The position numbers were made by a program, and so were the translations under genes. The notes under the pieces are model-generated. The model was not told the DNA's origin. It was given only the letters and a program-made list of their open reading frames with translations, and made no database searches. From positions 363 to 64,362 of the forward strand of contig NZ_JANINT010000014.1 of the NCBI RefSeq assembly GCF_024509035.1: DNA of 64,000 bases, written 5' to 3'. Shown here in pieces: positions 11,172 through 20,432 of the stretch. This DNA is from Nocardioides sp. (lineage in GTDB: Bacteria > Actinomycetota > Actinomycetes > Propionibacteriales > Nocardioidaceae). How positions within the stretch are numbered: the first letter of the stretch is position 1; each line of letters begins with the position of its first letter.

Positions 11172-12398
11172 TCAGAGCGCGGAGGCCATCCCCGCGCAGG
11201 CCTTGAGCCACTGGCGCTTGGTGCTCTCGGACAGCCGGGCGTAGGGCACGACCGATCCCGAGACGAGCGCCGGGTCGTAGGGCACCCGGTAGACCTCGCG
11301 GGTCCGCTGCTCGTAGACGCCGACGAGGTCGGCGGCGAGCTTGGCGTCCACGTTGGCCGACGGGTCGGAGAGCACGGTGATCGTCTTGTACTTGAGGTTC
11401 TGGTAGCCGGCGTCCTGCAGGGCGTCGAGCATCCACAGGCCGCTGTAGCCGGTGTCCTCGCGGATCGTGCTCGTCACGACCAGCAGGTCCGCGGCGCCGG
11501 CCGCCGCGAGCCAGTTCTCGGCGCGCATGTTGTTGCCGGTGTCGATGAGGATCACGCGGTAGAAGCGCTCGAGCAGCTTGTGCACCGCGTCGAAGTCCTG
11601 GGCACGGATCGTGCCCGTGACGTCGGGCCGCTCGTCGGAGGCCAGCACGTCGAAGTGGGCGTCGCCCTGCGAGCGGACGAAGGCGCCCAGGTCGCCGATC
11701 CGCGACTGGTAGACGTCGGTGAACCGCTCGAGGTCCTCGAGCAGCTCGCGCGTGGTGTTGCGGTGGGTGCTCCGGGTGCCCCGGATGCCGAGCGTGCCGC
11801 GGGTCTCGTTGTTGTCCCACGCGACCACGCCGCCGCCGCGCACGGTGCCGAAGGTGTAGCCGGCGGCGAGGACGCCGGTGGTCTTCGCCGCCCCGCCCTT
11901 GGGGTTGATGAACGCGATCGTCCGCGGGCCGTCGAAGTCGCGCTGGATCGTGCGGCGGTCGTTCTCGTGGGCTAGCTCGGCGCGACCCATGCCAGGGCTG
12001 ATCAGCCCGCCGGTCCAGCGCCGCACGGCGCCGCGCCAGCCCCAGCTTGCCGGACCGTGGTCCTGGGTGGCGTCGCGTCGGTCGAGGAAGTCGGTGGCGG
12101 TCATGAACCGGCGCACCTCGCCCTGGCTGTCGCTCGTCGCCCCGCGCTCGGGCACCAGCTCGACCGGCGCACCCGCGGCCATCGGCGACGCCGGCTCGAG
12201 CGGAGCACCCAGCGGCGGGCTCGACGGTGGGAGCGGGTTGAGCAGCACGCTCGACGGCGGCGCGGAGGGCGGTGGCCCCAGCGGCGCGCGCTGGGGCGGC
12301 GGGGACGTCGGCATCTCGGCGAGCGGCCGGGTGAGCGGGTCCGGCCGCTCGTCGTGGTGCTGTGGCGTGGCCTGCGAGCTCCCTGCTTCCTGCGACAT
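11172..12398 (-). CDS. MinD/ParA-like ATPase with Pro-rich N-terminus (EspI-like)
   Basis: INPKGGAAKTT deviant Walker A, RVILIDTG and VPYDPAL motifs. Confidence 0.8.
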   Translation of the reverse strand: MSQEAGSSQATPQHHDERPDPLTRPLAEMPTSPPPQRAPLGPPPSAPPSSVLLNPLPPSSPPLGAPLEPASPMAAGAPVELVPERGATSDSQGEVRRFMTATDFLDRRDATQDHGPASWGWRGAVRRWTGGLISPGMGRAELAHENDRRTIQRDFDGPRTIAFINPKGGAAKTTGVLAAGYTFGTVRGGGVVAWDNNETRGTLGIRGTRSTHRNTTRELLEDLERFTDVYQSRIGDLGAFVRSQGDAHFDVLASDERPDVTGTIRAQDFDAVHKLLERFYRVILIDTGNNMRAENWLAAAGAADLLVVTSTIREDTGYSGLWMLDALQDAGYQNLKYKTITVLSDPSANVDAKLAADLVGVYEQRTREVYRVPYDPALVSGSVVPYARLSESTKRQWLKACAGMASAL

Positions 12399-12484
12399 CG
12401 ACGATCCCCCTGAGACGGCAGACGGTGGTGCTGACCGGGGTCATTCCCCGATCTGCCGCGTGTCACACCCGCCGCGGCGGGTGT

Positions 12485-13822
12485 TCACAGGTCGGCGAGC
12501 GCAGCGGCCACCGCTCGGTGGAACGTCGGGTAGGCGTAGTGCATCCCACGCAGCGTCGCGATCGGGATCTCGGCGTGCACGGCGGCGGTGAGGAGCGCGA
12601 CGACCTCGCCGCCGTACGGCGCCACGACGGTGGCCCCGACCAGCACGTCGCGGTCGGCGTCGGCGACCACCTTGACGATCCCCTCGGCCTCGTTGATCCA
12701 GCCCCGGCTCGAGCGCGGGATGTCCGCGTGGCCGACCGCGACGCGCAGGCCTCGGTCGCGGGCCTGCTCCTCGGTCAGCCCCACGGAGCCCACCTCGGGG
12801 TCGGTGAACGTCACGTGGCTGACGGCGCGGTAGTCGGCCCAGGGGCCGTCCTCGCCGAGCAGGTCGCGCACCGCCACCTGGGCCTGGTAGATCGAGAGGT
12901 GGGTGTAGGCGCCCCGGCCGGTGATGTCACCGACCGCCCAGAGCCCGTCCCCGGCCCGCATCCGCTCGTCGGTCTCGATCTGCTGGGCCTCGGGGTCGAG
13001 CCCGACGGTCTCGAGGCCCACGTCGGGGAGGTTCATCCGCCGGCCGGTGGCGACGAGCAGACGCTCCGCGCGCATCCGGTCGCCGTCGACCTCCACCTCG
13101 AAGCCGTCGTCGTCGTGCCGGACCCCGGCCACCTGCACGCCGGTGCGGATCTCGACGCCGTCGTCGCGCAGCGCCCGGGACACCACCTCACATGCCTCGG
13201 GCTCCTCGGGGCACAGCATCCGGTCCTGGACCTCGAGCATCGTGACGCGGGTGCCGAACCGGGCGAAGGCCTGGGCCAGCTCGGCCCCGATCGGACCCGC
13301 ACCGATGACAACGAGCGATGCGGGCGGCTCGCTCTGGCGCATCACGTCGCGGTTGGTCCAGTACGGCGTCGCCGCCAGGCCGGGGATGTCCGGCACGGCC
13401 GGAGCGGTGCCGGTGTCGAGCAGGACGCCGAGTCGCGCAGCGTACGTCTCGGTGCCCGCCGAGCCCGTGACGCTCACCCGGCGCAGCCCGTCGAGCCGGC
13501 CATGTCCGCGCACGACGCGGACCCCGGCCTCGAGGAGCGGGCCGGCGTGGTGGTCGTCGGTCCAGTCGTGGTTGGCCTCGCGGATCCGCTCGGCGGCACG
13601 GCTCCACGGCTTGCCCTGGTGAGCGGTGTGGATCAGCAGCTTGGACGGGGTGCAGCCCCAGAACGGGCACTCGCCGCCGACGAGGTCGCGCTCGACGCCG
13701 ACCACCTCGAGACCGGCCTCGGCCAGCTTGCGAGCGGCGTACTCACCGCCCGCCCCGAGGCCGAGGACGACGACGTCGACCTCCTGGTCCACCTCCGCCT
13801 CGGCGTCCTGTCGGGCGGTCAC
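12485..13822 (-). CDS. FAD-dependent pyridine nucleotide-disulfide oxidoreductase, paralog 1
   Basis: GLGAGG FAD motif, GGECPFWGCTPSK redox disulfide, GAGPIGAE, WAVGD, C-terminal YAYPTFHR. GTG start overlaps the DUF1206 stop. Confidence 0.9.
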   Translation of the reverse strand: MTARQDAEAEVDQEVDVVVLGLGAGGEYAARKLAEAGLEVVGVERDLVGGECPFWGCTPSKLLIHTAHQGKPWSRAAERIREANHDWTDDHHAGPLLEAGVRVVRGHGRLDGLRRVSVTGSAGTETYAARLGVLLDTGTAPAVPDIPGLAATPYWTNRDVMRQSEPPASLVVIGAGPIGAELAQAFARFGTRVTMLEVQDRMLCPEEPEACEVVSRALRDDGVEIRTGVQVAGVRHDDDGFEVEVDGDRMRAERLLVATGRRMNLPDVGLETVGLDPEAQQIETDERMRAGDGLWAVGDITGRGAYTHLSIYQAQVAVRDLLGEDGPWADYRAVSHVTFTDPEVGSVGLTEEQARDRGLRVAVGHADIPRSSRGWINEAEGIVKVVADADRDVLVGATVVAPYGGEVVALLTAAVHAEIPIATLRGMHYAYPTFHRAVAAALADL

Positions 13823-14655
13823 TTCGCGAGGTGGCGGGCTCGCGCGAGCGTGAACACGCCGTAGCAGGCGAGCCCGGCGCCGATGAGGCACAGCAGCACG
13901 GGCCCGAAGGGCGTGTCGAGGACCTCGAAGAGCGCCTGGTCGAGGCCGCCGGACTTGGAGGCGTCGTGGGTGATCGCGGCGTAGGCGAACAGGCCGCCGA
14001 CGACGACGAAGGCGACGCCGCGTGCGGTGTAGCCCGCCTTGCCGAAGGCGATGTAGGCGGTGCCGGTGGTGCCGCTGCGGCCCTCGGTGTCGAGCTTGTC
14101 GGCGAACTTCTCGGTCCAGGCCTGGTAGCCCTGGTAGAGGCCGTAGCCGATGATCGCGAGGGCCACCAGGCCGACGAGCAGCTGGCCGCCGGTCACGTTC
14201 ATCAGCTTGGCCGTCCAGGTCTCCTGGCCCTTGCCGGACGAGCCCGAGCCGGTCGCGACCCGCACCCCGGAGAGCCCGATCGCGGCGTACATGACCGCCT
14301 TGCCGGCCGACTCCACCCGCTTGCGGGCGCGCTTGCCGCCGTCTCGCTCCTCGCGGTGACCGAACGCGGCGTCGAGGAGCTTCCAGACCACGAGGAGGAA
14401 CATCCCGACCGAGACGGCCCAGATCAAGACGCCCCCGAACGGCTGCTCGGCGAGCTGGTGCATGGCGCCCGAGCTCGACGGCTTGCCCTCCCGGTCGCCG
14501 AAGGCGAGCTGGACGGCGAGCCAGCCGATCAAGAGGTAGACCGCGGCGTAGGCGACGAGACCGGCGCGGGCAGCCCGCTCGACCCACTCGCTCTGGTGCG
14601 CGTCGCGGCCGGCACCCTCGGCGCGCCTCACCGTGCTCCCGCCCGAGACGGTCAT
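13819..14655 (-). CDS. DUF1206-like multi-pass membrane protein
   Basis: Repeated ARAGLVAYAAVYLLIG / GKAGYTARGVAF helical units and QPFG..LL / GLDQAL...PFG motifs, recognised by eye. Confidence 0.75.
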   Translation of the reverse strand: MTVSGGSTVRRAEGAGRDAHQSEWVERAARAGLVAYAAVYLLIGWLAVQLAFGDREGKPSSSGAMHQLAEQPFGGVLIWAVSVGMFLLVVWKLLDAAFGHREERDGGKRARKRVESAGKAVMYAAIGLSGVRVATGSGSSGKGQETWTAKLMNVTGGQLLVGLVALAIIGYGLYQGYQAWTEKFADKLDTEGRSGTTGTAYIAFGKAGYTARGVAFVVVGGLFAYAAITHDASKSGGLDQALFEVLDTPFGPVLLCLIGAGLACYGVFTLARARHLAK

Positions 14656-16028
14656 GACAGGTCGGCGATCGCGGACTCGATGGCCCGGTGGAAGGTCGGG
14701 TAGGCGTACATCATGTTCCTCAAGGTCTCGACGGGGACCGCCGCGTGGACCGCGACGGCCAGGAAGCCGAGGATCTCCCCGCCCGCCGGGCCCACCGCGG
14801 TGGCACCGACCAGGACTCCCCGATCCGCGTCCTCGACGACCTTGATCAAGCCGTGCCCACCCGCTCCGTGGGTGAAACCCCGCGACGACTGCTCCAGCGG
14901 AGTCGACCCGGTGCGCACCCGCAGGCGGGCGTCGCGTGCCCGCTGCTCGGTCAGACCGACACCGCCCACCTCCGGGTCCGTGAACGTCGTGTGCGGCACC
15001 GCGTGGTACGCCGCCGGCGCACCCTCCTGGCCGAGCACGTCGCGCAGCGCGACCGCCGACTGGTACATCGACACATGGGTGAAGGCACCCTTGCCGGTCA
15101 CGTCCCCGATCGCCCAGAGCCGCTCCCCCGCCCGCAGGTGCTCGTCGACCTCGATCGTGCGGGCGGCGGGGTCGAGGCCGACGGTCTCGAGGCCGAGGTC
15201 GTCGAGGTTGGGCGTCCGGCCGGCGGCCACCAGCAGCTTGTCGGGTCCGAGCCGCTCACCGGTGTCGAGGTCGAGGGTGAAGCGGCCGTCGGCGTACGCC
15301 GCGCGCGTGAGCTCGACACCGGTGAGGACGCGGATGCCCTCCTCGGCGAACACCTTCTCGATCAGGGCCGAGGCCTCCGGCTCGTCACCCGGCAGCAGCC
15401 GGGGGCCGTGCTGCACGACGGTGACGCGCACGCCGAAGCGGGCGAGGACCTGGGCCATCTCGCAGCCGATCGGCCCGCCCCCGAGCACGACGAGCGAGCC
15501 CGGGAGCTCGGACAGGCGCACCGCGTCGCGGTTGGTCCAGTACGGCGTCCCCGCGAGGCCCTCGACCGGCGGGACGGCGGGGCGGGTGCCCGGGTTGAGC
15601 ACGACGCCGCGCGCCGCGACGTACTCCTCGGAGGCGCCGTCCGCGAGCTCGACGCGCACGCGGCCGGGCCCGTCGAGGCGCGCCACGCCGTGGTGCACGG
15701 TCGCGCCGGCGTCGCGCAACCGGTCGACGGCGATCGTGTCGTCCCAGCCGGTCGTCGCCTCCTGGTCGACGCGGCGCGCGACGACCGACCACGCCGGCGC
15801 GATGGTGGCCTCACCGGCGACAGCGGCGGCCCGGCGTACCTCCGCGACGACGTCGCTGCCGCGCACCATCATCTTGGTCGGGATGCACCCGTAGTAGGGG
15901 CACTCGCCGCCGACCAGGTGCTTGTCGACCGCGACGACCCGCAGGCCGGCCTTGGCGGCGCCAGTGGCGAGCGCCTCGCCGCCGGGTCCGGTGCCGATGA
16001 CGACCAGGTCCACCTCGTGAGCGTTCAT
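14652..16028 (-). CDS. FAD-dependent pyridine nucleotide-disulfide oxidoreductase, paralog 2
   Basis: GTGPGG, GGECPYYGCIPTK, GGGPIGCE, WAIGD and YAYPTFHR motifs. Confidence 0.92.
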   Translation of the reverse strand: MNAHEVDLVVIGTGPGGEALATGAAKAGLRVVAVDKHLVGGECPYYGCIPTKMMVRGSDVVAEVRRAAAVAGEATIAPAWSVVARRVDQEATTGWDDTIAVDRLRDAGATVHHGVARLDGPGRVRVELADGASEEYVAARGVVLNPGTRPAVPPVEGLAGTPYWTNRDAVRLSELPGSLVVLGGGPIGCEMAQVLARFGVRVTVVQHGPRLLPGDEPEASALIEKVFAEEGIRVLTGVELTRAAYADGRFTLDLDTGERLGPDKLLVAAGRTPNLDDLGLETVGLDPAARTIEVDEHLRAGERLWAIGDVTGKGAFTHVSMYQSAVALRDVLGQEGAPAAYHAVPHTTFTDPEVGGVGLTEQRARDARLRVRTGSTPLEQSSRGFTHGAGGHGLIKVVEDADRGVLVGATAVGPAGGEILGFLAVAVHAAVPVETLRNMMYAYPTFHRAIESAIADLS

Positions 16029-16131
16029 GCGGGGTCCCCGCCGAATCGTGGGCTGGAGGAGCGAAGCGGGGGAAGCGCGCGATTCGGTGGGGTGGGCATG
16101 CCGCCCACTATGACGGAGAGCCAGGAAGACC

Positions 16132-16167
16132 CAGGGTCAGGCGCAGGGTCAGGCGCAGGGTCAGGCG
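16132..16167. repeat. 3 x 12-bp tandem repeat including the nusB stop codon
   Basis: cagggtcaggcg repeated at 16132, 16144 and 16156. Confidence 0.9.
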
Positions 16168-16568
16168 CTGGTCTGCCGGTTGCGGACGATGCTGCCGAGG
16201 ATGCCGTTGACGAACTGGGGCGACTCGTCTGTCGACAGGTCGCTGACCAGCGCCATCGCCTCGCTCACCGCGACGGCGTCGGGAACGTCGTCGGCGTAGA
16301 GCAGCTCCCAGACCCCCAGCCTCAGCACGTTGCGGTCGACCGCAGGCATCCGGGCCAGCGTCCAGCCCTCGGAGTAGGACGAGAGCAGCTCGTCGATGTG
16401 CTCCTGGTGCTCGACCACGCCGCGCACGATCGTGGCGGTGTAGTCGTTGGTCGGCCCCTCACCGTCGGCGATCGCCCGCTCGAGGGCCTCGACCGGGCTC
16501 TCGGACCGCATGTCCGAGGCGTAGAGGATGTCCAGCGCGCGCTTGCGGGCCTTGGACCGGGCTGACAT
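16161..16568 (-). CDS. nusB: transcription antitermination factor NusB
   Basis: RSKARKRALDILY, VDRNVLR, FVNGIL; follows efp. Confidence 0.97.
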   Translation of the reverse strand: MSARSKARKRALDILYASDMRSESPVEALERAIADGEGPTNDYTATIVRGVVEHQEHIDELLSSYSEGWTLARMPAVDRNVLRLGVWELLYADDVPDAVAVSEAMALVSDLSTDESPQFVNGILGSIVRNRQTSA

Positions 16569-16577
16569 CGAGCGTTC

Positions 16578-17141
16578 TCAGCCCTTCACACGGCCGAGGT
16601 AGGAGGAGTCGCGCGTGTCGACCTTGACCTTCTCGCCCTGGTTGATGAACAGCGGGACCTGGATCTCGTGACCGGTCTCGAGCGTCGCCGGCTTGGTGCG
16701 GCCGGTGGCGCTGTCACCGGCCAGGCCGGGCTCGGTGAAGGTGATCTGCAGCTCGACCGAGGCGGGGAGCTCGATGAACAGCACCCGGCCCTCGTTGGTG
16801 GCGATGATGACGTCCTGGTTCTCGAGCAGGAAGTTCTTGGCGTCGCCGACGATCTCCGGCGCCACCTCGAGCTGCTCGTAGCTCTGGACGTCCATGAAGA
16901 CGTAGGAGCTGCCGTCGTTGTAGAGGTACTGCATGGTGCGACGGTCGACCGTGGCGGTCTCGACCTTGGTGCCGGCGTTGAACGTCTTGTCGACGGTCTT
17001 GTTCGACTCGACGTTCTTGAGCTTGGTCCGCACGAAGGCCGGGCCCTTGCCGGGCTTGACGTGCTGGAACTCCACCACGGCCCAGAGCTGGCCGTCGATG
17101 TTGAGAACCATGCCGTTCTTGAGGTCGTTCGTCGTTGCCAT
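16578..17141 (-). CDS. efp: elongation factor P
   Basis: [26 protein letters not shown] and VPLFI motifs. Confidence 0.98.
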   Translation of the reverse strand: MATTNDLKNGMVLNIDGQLWAVVEFQHVKPGKGPAFVRTKLKNVESNKTVDKTFNAGTKVETATVDRRTMQYLYNDGSSYVFMDVQSYEQLEVAPEIVGDAKNFLLENQDVIIATNEGRVLFIELPASVELQITFTEPGLAGDSATGRTKPATLETGHEIQVPLFINQGEKVKVDTRDSSYLGRVKG

Positions 17142-17259
17142 GCGCGCGTGTCAGCCTTCTGCGTACGTCGGGGGGTCGGGGCGTCGCCCGGACCCGCCGG
17201 GCAACAGCGCACGAGTCTATCGGCTGGGCGCCGCTGCGCCGAAAAGGCCGGCCCAGGAC

Positions 17260-18054
17260 CTACGAGAGCTCCCAGACGATCTGCACGGTGACCGACCCGT
17301 GGTCGCGACCCGCGCGGATCGGCATCGCCTTGAGCGCATTGGTGTCCAGGTAGCCGCGCGCCAGGGCGGCGGACCTCAGCTCGACGCTCGGCAGTGGCCG
17401 GGCGTGCATCTCCCGCAGGGTGACGACGTCGCCCAGTTGCTGACCCGAGGCCTCGGCGTACTGCTCGGCCTTGGCGGTGGCCTCGGCGACCGCGGCGTCG
17501 CGGGCCTTCTCCATGACGGCGTCGTCGTCGCCGACCAGCAGTCGGATGTTGCTCACGCGCACGCTGTTGCCCCCGGCGGCCACCGCCGCGCTGACGGCCC
17601 TGCCACCCTGCTTCAGCTCCTTGACGAGCACCGATGCGCGCTCGGAGACGCGGTAGCCGGTGATCGTCGGCGGGCTGTAGTCGTGGTACTGGTACACCGG
17701 CGCCATCGACAGCCCGGTCGTCTGCACGTCGGCCTTCTCCACGCCGTACTCCCCGAGCGCCCCGAGCACCCGGCCCATCGAGCCGTTGGCGGCGTCGAGG
17801 GCGTCGTCGAGGTCGGGCCGCGTGACGTTCACCCCGAGGCTGAAGGCCAGCTGGTCGGGCACGGCCCCGGCCTCCCCCGTGCCGCTCATCGTCAGCACCC
17901 GCTCCTGGGCGGGGGCCGCGTCCCCGTCGTCGGCCGCCTGCGCGGCCGGAGTCGCGCCGTCGGAGCCCCCGAGGAGGTAGGCCACCACCAGCGCCATCGC
18001 CACCAACGCGGCCACCAGCAGCCCGCGCACACTCACCGTCACGTTGCTGTTCAT
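17260..18054 (-). CDS. SIMPL (DUF541) domain membrane-anchored protein
   Basis: N-terminal TM, GEAGAVPDQLAFSLGV, KARDAAVAEATAKAEQYA..G..LG.V; start chosen at MNSNV. Confidence 0.8.
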   Translation of the reverse strand: MNSNVTVSVRGLLVAALVAMALVVAYLLGGSDGATPAAQAADDGDAAPAQERVLTMSGTGEAGAVPDQLAFSLGVNVTRPDLDDALDAANGSMGRVLGALGEYGVEKADVQTTGLSMAPVYQYHDYSPPTITGYRVSERASVLVKELKQGGRAVSAAVAAGGNSVRVSNIRLLVGDDDAVMEKARDAAVAEATAKAEQYAEASGQQLGDVVTLREMHARPLPSVELRSAALARGYLDTNALKAMPIRAGRDHGSVTVQIVWELS

Positions 18055-18115
18055 GCCTGCTCGGACGGTCCCCGGCCTGCCCCGGTTCCCCACGTCGAGT
18101 CGTCACCCCGACCGG

Positions 18116-18246
18116 TGGTCACCCGGGGACGTCATACCTTCCGGCGGCTGGGACGCCCTGTTCGGATGACCTCCCGGGGTCGGCCCACCGGAGGTCATCC
18201 GACGTGGCTACCCGGACGACCAGCTCGTATGACGTCTCCGTGACCA
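18116..18246. repeat. REP/MITE-like doublet, same family as 4473-4602 but with the units inverted
   Basis: Same TGGTCAC...GTGACCA ends. Unit 18195-18235 matches the 4486-4526 unit at 33/41; the reverse complement of 18131-18170 matches at 31/40 (hand count). Confidence 0.85.
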
Positions 18247-18364
18247 GAGCCCGACGGCATCCCGACAGGTGCGGGCGCGGATCATCCAGCGATGATCCAG
18301 CACCGGGGGGCCGCCGACCTCACGGCCACCCATCCCCACCGACCGGCGGGCCGGACGTCCCGTC

Positions 18365-18805
18365 TCAGCGTCGGGCGATGACCTCGAGCGCCATCCGGTA
18401 GCCGTCGATGCCGTGGCCGGCGATCACCTCGACGGCGTACGGCGTCACCACGGAGTGGTGCCGGAACTCCTCGGGGCGCTGGTGCGGGTCAGAGATGTGC
18501 ACCTCCACCAGCGGTGCCTCGAGCTGGGCGCACGCGTCGAAGATCGCGTAGGAGTAGTGGGTCCACGCGGCGGCGTTGAGCACGACCGGAAGGGCGCCGT
18601 CGGCGGCAGCGTTCAGCCAGTCGAGCATCTCGCCCTCGTGGTTGGTCTGGCGGACGTCGACGTCGAGCCCCAGGTCGCGGCCCCAGCCGCGACACAACCG
18701 GGCCAGCTCGTCGTGCGTGGTGGTGCCGTAGATCTCCGGCTGCCGACGTCCGAGTCGACCCAGGTTGGGCCCGTTGAGCACCAGCACCGGACGCGCGCCG
18801 GTCAC
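18365..18805 (-). CDS. aroQ: type II 3-dehydroquinate dehydratase
   Basis: [35 protein letters not shown] and EVHISD motifs. Confidence 0.95.
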   Translation of the reverse strand: MTGARPVLVLNGPNLGRLGRRQPEIYGTTTHDELARLCRGWGRDLGLDVDVRQTNHEGEMLDWLNAAADGALPVVLNAAAWTHYSYAIFDACAQLEAPLVEVHISDPHQRPEEFRHHSVVTPYAVEVIAGHGIDGYRMALEVIARR

Positions 18806-19899
18806 GCCGGCCCGCCGATCGCGGCGTACGCGTCGCGGAGATCCACCACCGAGGGACCCGCGAGGACGGTGGGGACGGCGATGTCCGAGAGCACCACGAA
18901 CCTCAGCTGGGAGCCGCGGGCCTTCTTGTCCACGCGCATCGCGCGGTGCAGCTCGTCGAACGACGCCTGGGAGTACGACGTGGGCAGGCCGACCCGCGCG
19001 AAGGCCTGCCGGTGCCGGTCGACGACGTCCGCGGCCAGCGTGCCGGCGCGGCTGGCCAGCTCGGCCACGTAGACACAGCCGATCGCGACCGCCTCGCCGT
19101 GGCGGATCCGGTAGTTCTCGGTGCGCTCGATGGCGTGGGCCATCGTGTGCCCGTAGTTGAGGACCTCGCGGCCGGGGTGGCCGTCGGCGCCGCCGGTCTC
19201 CTTGAGGTCGGTCGAGACGACCTCCGCCTTGACGCGCACCGCGCGCTCCACGAGCTCGCGCAGCACCGGCGAGTCCGCCTCGAGCTGGGAGGGGTCGGTG
19301 CCCTCGACGAGGCTGAGGATCACCGGGTCGGCGATGAAGCCGCACTTGATGATCTCGCCGAGGCCGGCGACGAGCTCGGGCCGCGGGAGCGTGCGCAGGG
19401 TCGCCAGGTCGCAGATCACCCCGGCAGGCTCGTGGAACGACCCCACGAGGTTCTTGCCGCTGCGCGTGTTGATGCCGGTCTTGCCGCCGACCGCCGCGTC
19501 GACCATGCCGAGCAGCGTGGTCGGCACGTGCACGACCGTGACACCCCGCAGCCAGGTGGCGGCGACGAAGCCGCCGAGATCGGTCGTGGCCCCGCCGCCG
19601 AACGTCACCACGGCGTCCGACCGGGTGAAGCCGGCCTCGCCAAGCGCCTCCCAGCACGACACCGCGACCGCCGCCTTCTTCGCGCGCTCGCCGTCGGGGA
19701 TGGGCAGGACCATGACGTCGTAGGCGGCCGCCAGGGAGTCGAGGACGGGCCGCACCAGCTCGGCCAGCGCGTCGGAGAACACGACCGCCACCCGCTGGAC
19801 GGCCACGCCGAGCATCTGCGGGAGCCGATCGGCGAGGTCGTGGCCGACCACGACGTCGTACGGCGACGGGCCGGTGACCCGCACGACGGTGTCCCTCAT
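18802..19899 (-). CDS. aroB: 3-dehydroquinate synthase
   Basis: [31 protein letters not shown] and LNYGHT motifs. Confidence 0.97.
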   Translation of the reverse strand: MRDTVVRVTGPSPYDVVVGHDLADRLPQMLGVAVQRVAVVFSDALAELVRPVLDSLAAAYDVMVLPIPDGERAKKAAVAVSCWEALGEAGFTRSDAVVTFGGGATTDLGGFVAATWLRGVTVVHVPTTLLGMVDAAVGGKTGINTRSGKNLVGSFHEPAGVICDLATLRTLPRPELVAGLGEIIKCGFIADPVILSLVEGTDPSQLEADSPVLRELVERAVRVKAEVVSTDLKETGGADGHPGREVLNYGHTMAHAIERTENYRIRHGEAVAIGCVYVAELASRAGTLAADVVDRHRQAFARVGLPTSYSQASFDELHRAMRVDKKARGSQLRFVVLSDIAVPTVLAGPSVVDLRDAYAAIGGPA

Positions 19900-20432
19900 C
19901 CGTCCCCCTCCTGCCCGGGCTCGCCGAACGCGGCCAAGATCTCCTCGGCGACATCGTCGGGGCTGCGGCCGTCGGTGTCCACGACCAGGGTCGCGACCGA
20001 CTCATAGATCGGGGTGCGCTCGTCGAGGAGCGCCTTGATGCGGCCCCGGACGTTGCCGAGCAGCAGCGGGCGCGCGGTGCCGAGTCCGACCCGCTTGACG
20101 GCGTCGGAGAGCCCCACGCGCAGGAAGACCACGCGGTGCTCGGCGAGCCGCTCGCGGGTCTCGGGGTCGAGCACCGCTCCGCCGCCCAGCGAGAGCACGC
20201 CGTCGTGCGTGGCGAGGGCCTCGGCGACCGCAGCGCGCTCGAGGCGGCGGAAGGTCTCCTCACCGGAGTCGACGAAGATGTCGGAGATCGAGCGGCCCTC
20301 GGTCTGCTCCACGTCGTGGTCGGTGTCGCGCGCCGTGGTCCCCCACGCGGCCGCCAGGACGCCGGCCACCGTCGTCTTGCCGGCACCCATCGGGCCGACG
20401 AGCACGACCCGAGGACGGGTCGGGCCGCTCAC
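19896..20432 (-). CDS. aroK: shikimate kinase
   Basis: GPMGAGKTT Walker A, LSLGGG, RPLL. Confidence 0.96.
   Translation of the reverse strand: MSGPTRPRVVLVGPMGAGKTTVAGVLAAAWGTTARDTDHDVEQTEGRSISDIFVDSGEETFRRLERAAVAEALATHDGVLSLGGGAVLDPETRERLAEHRVVFLRVGLSDAVKRVGLGTARPLLLGNVRGRIKALLDERTPIYESVATLVVDTDGRSPDDVAEEILAAFGEPGQEGDG

Noticed and set aside
12485-16028. Mercuric reductase (merA) or dihydrolipoamide dehydrogenase calls
   Set aside because: No C-terminal Cys-Cys pair, HMA domain or mer genes; no HPTxxE motif and no 2-oxoacid dehydrogenase neighbours.
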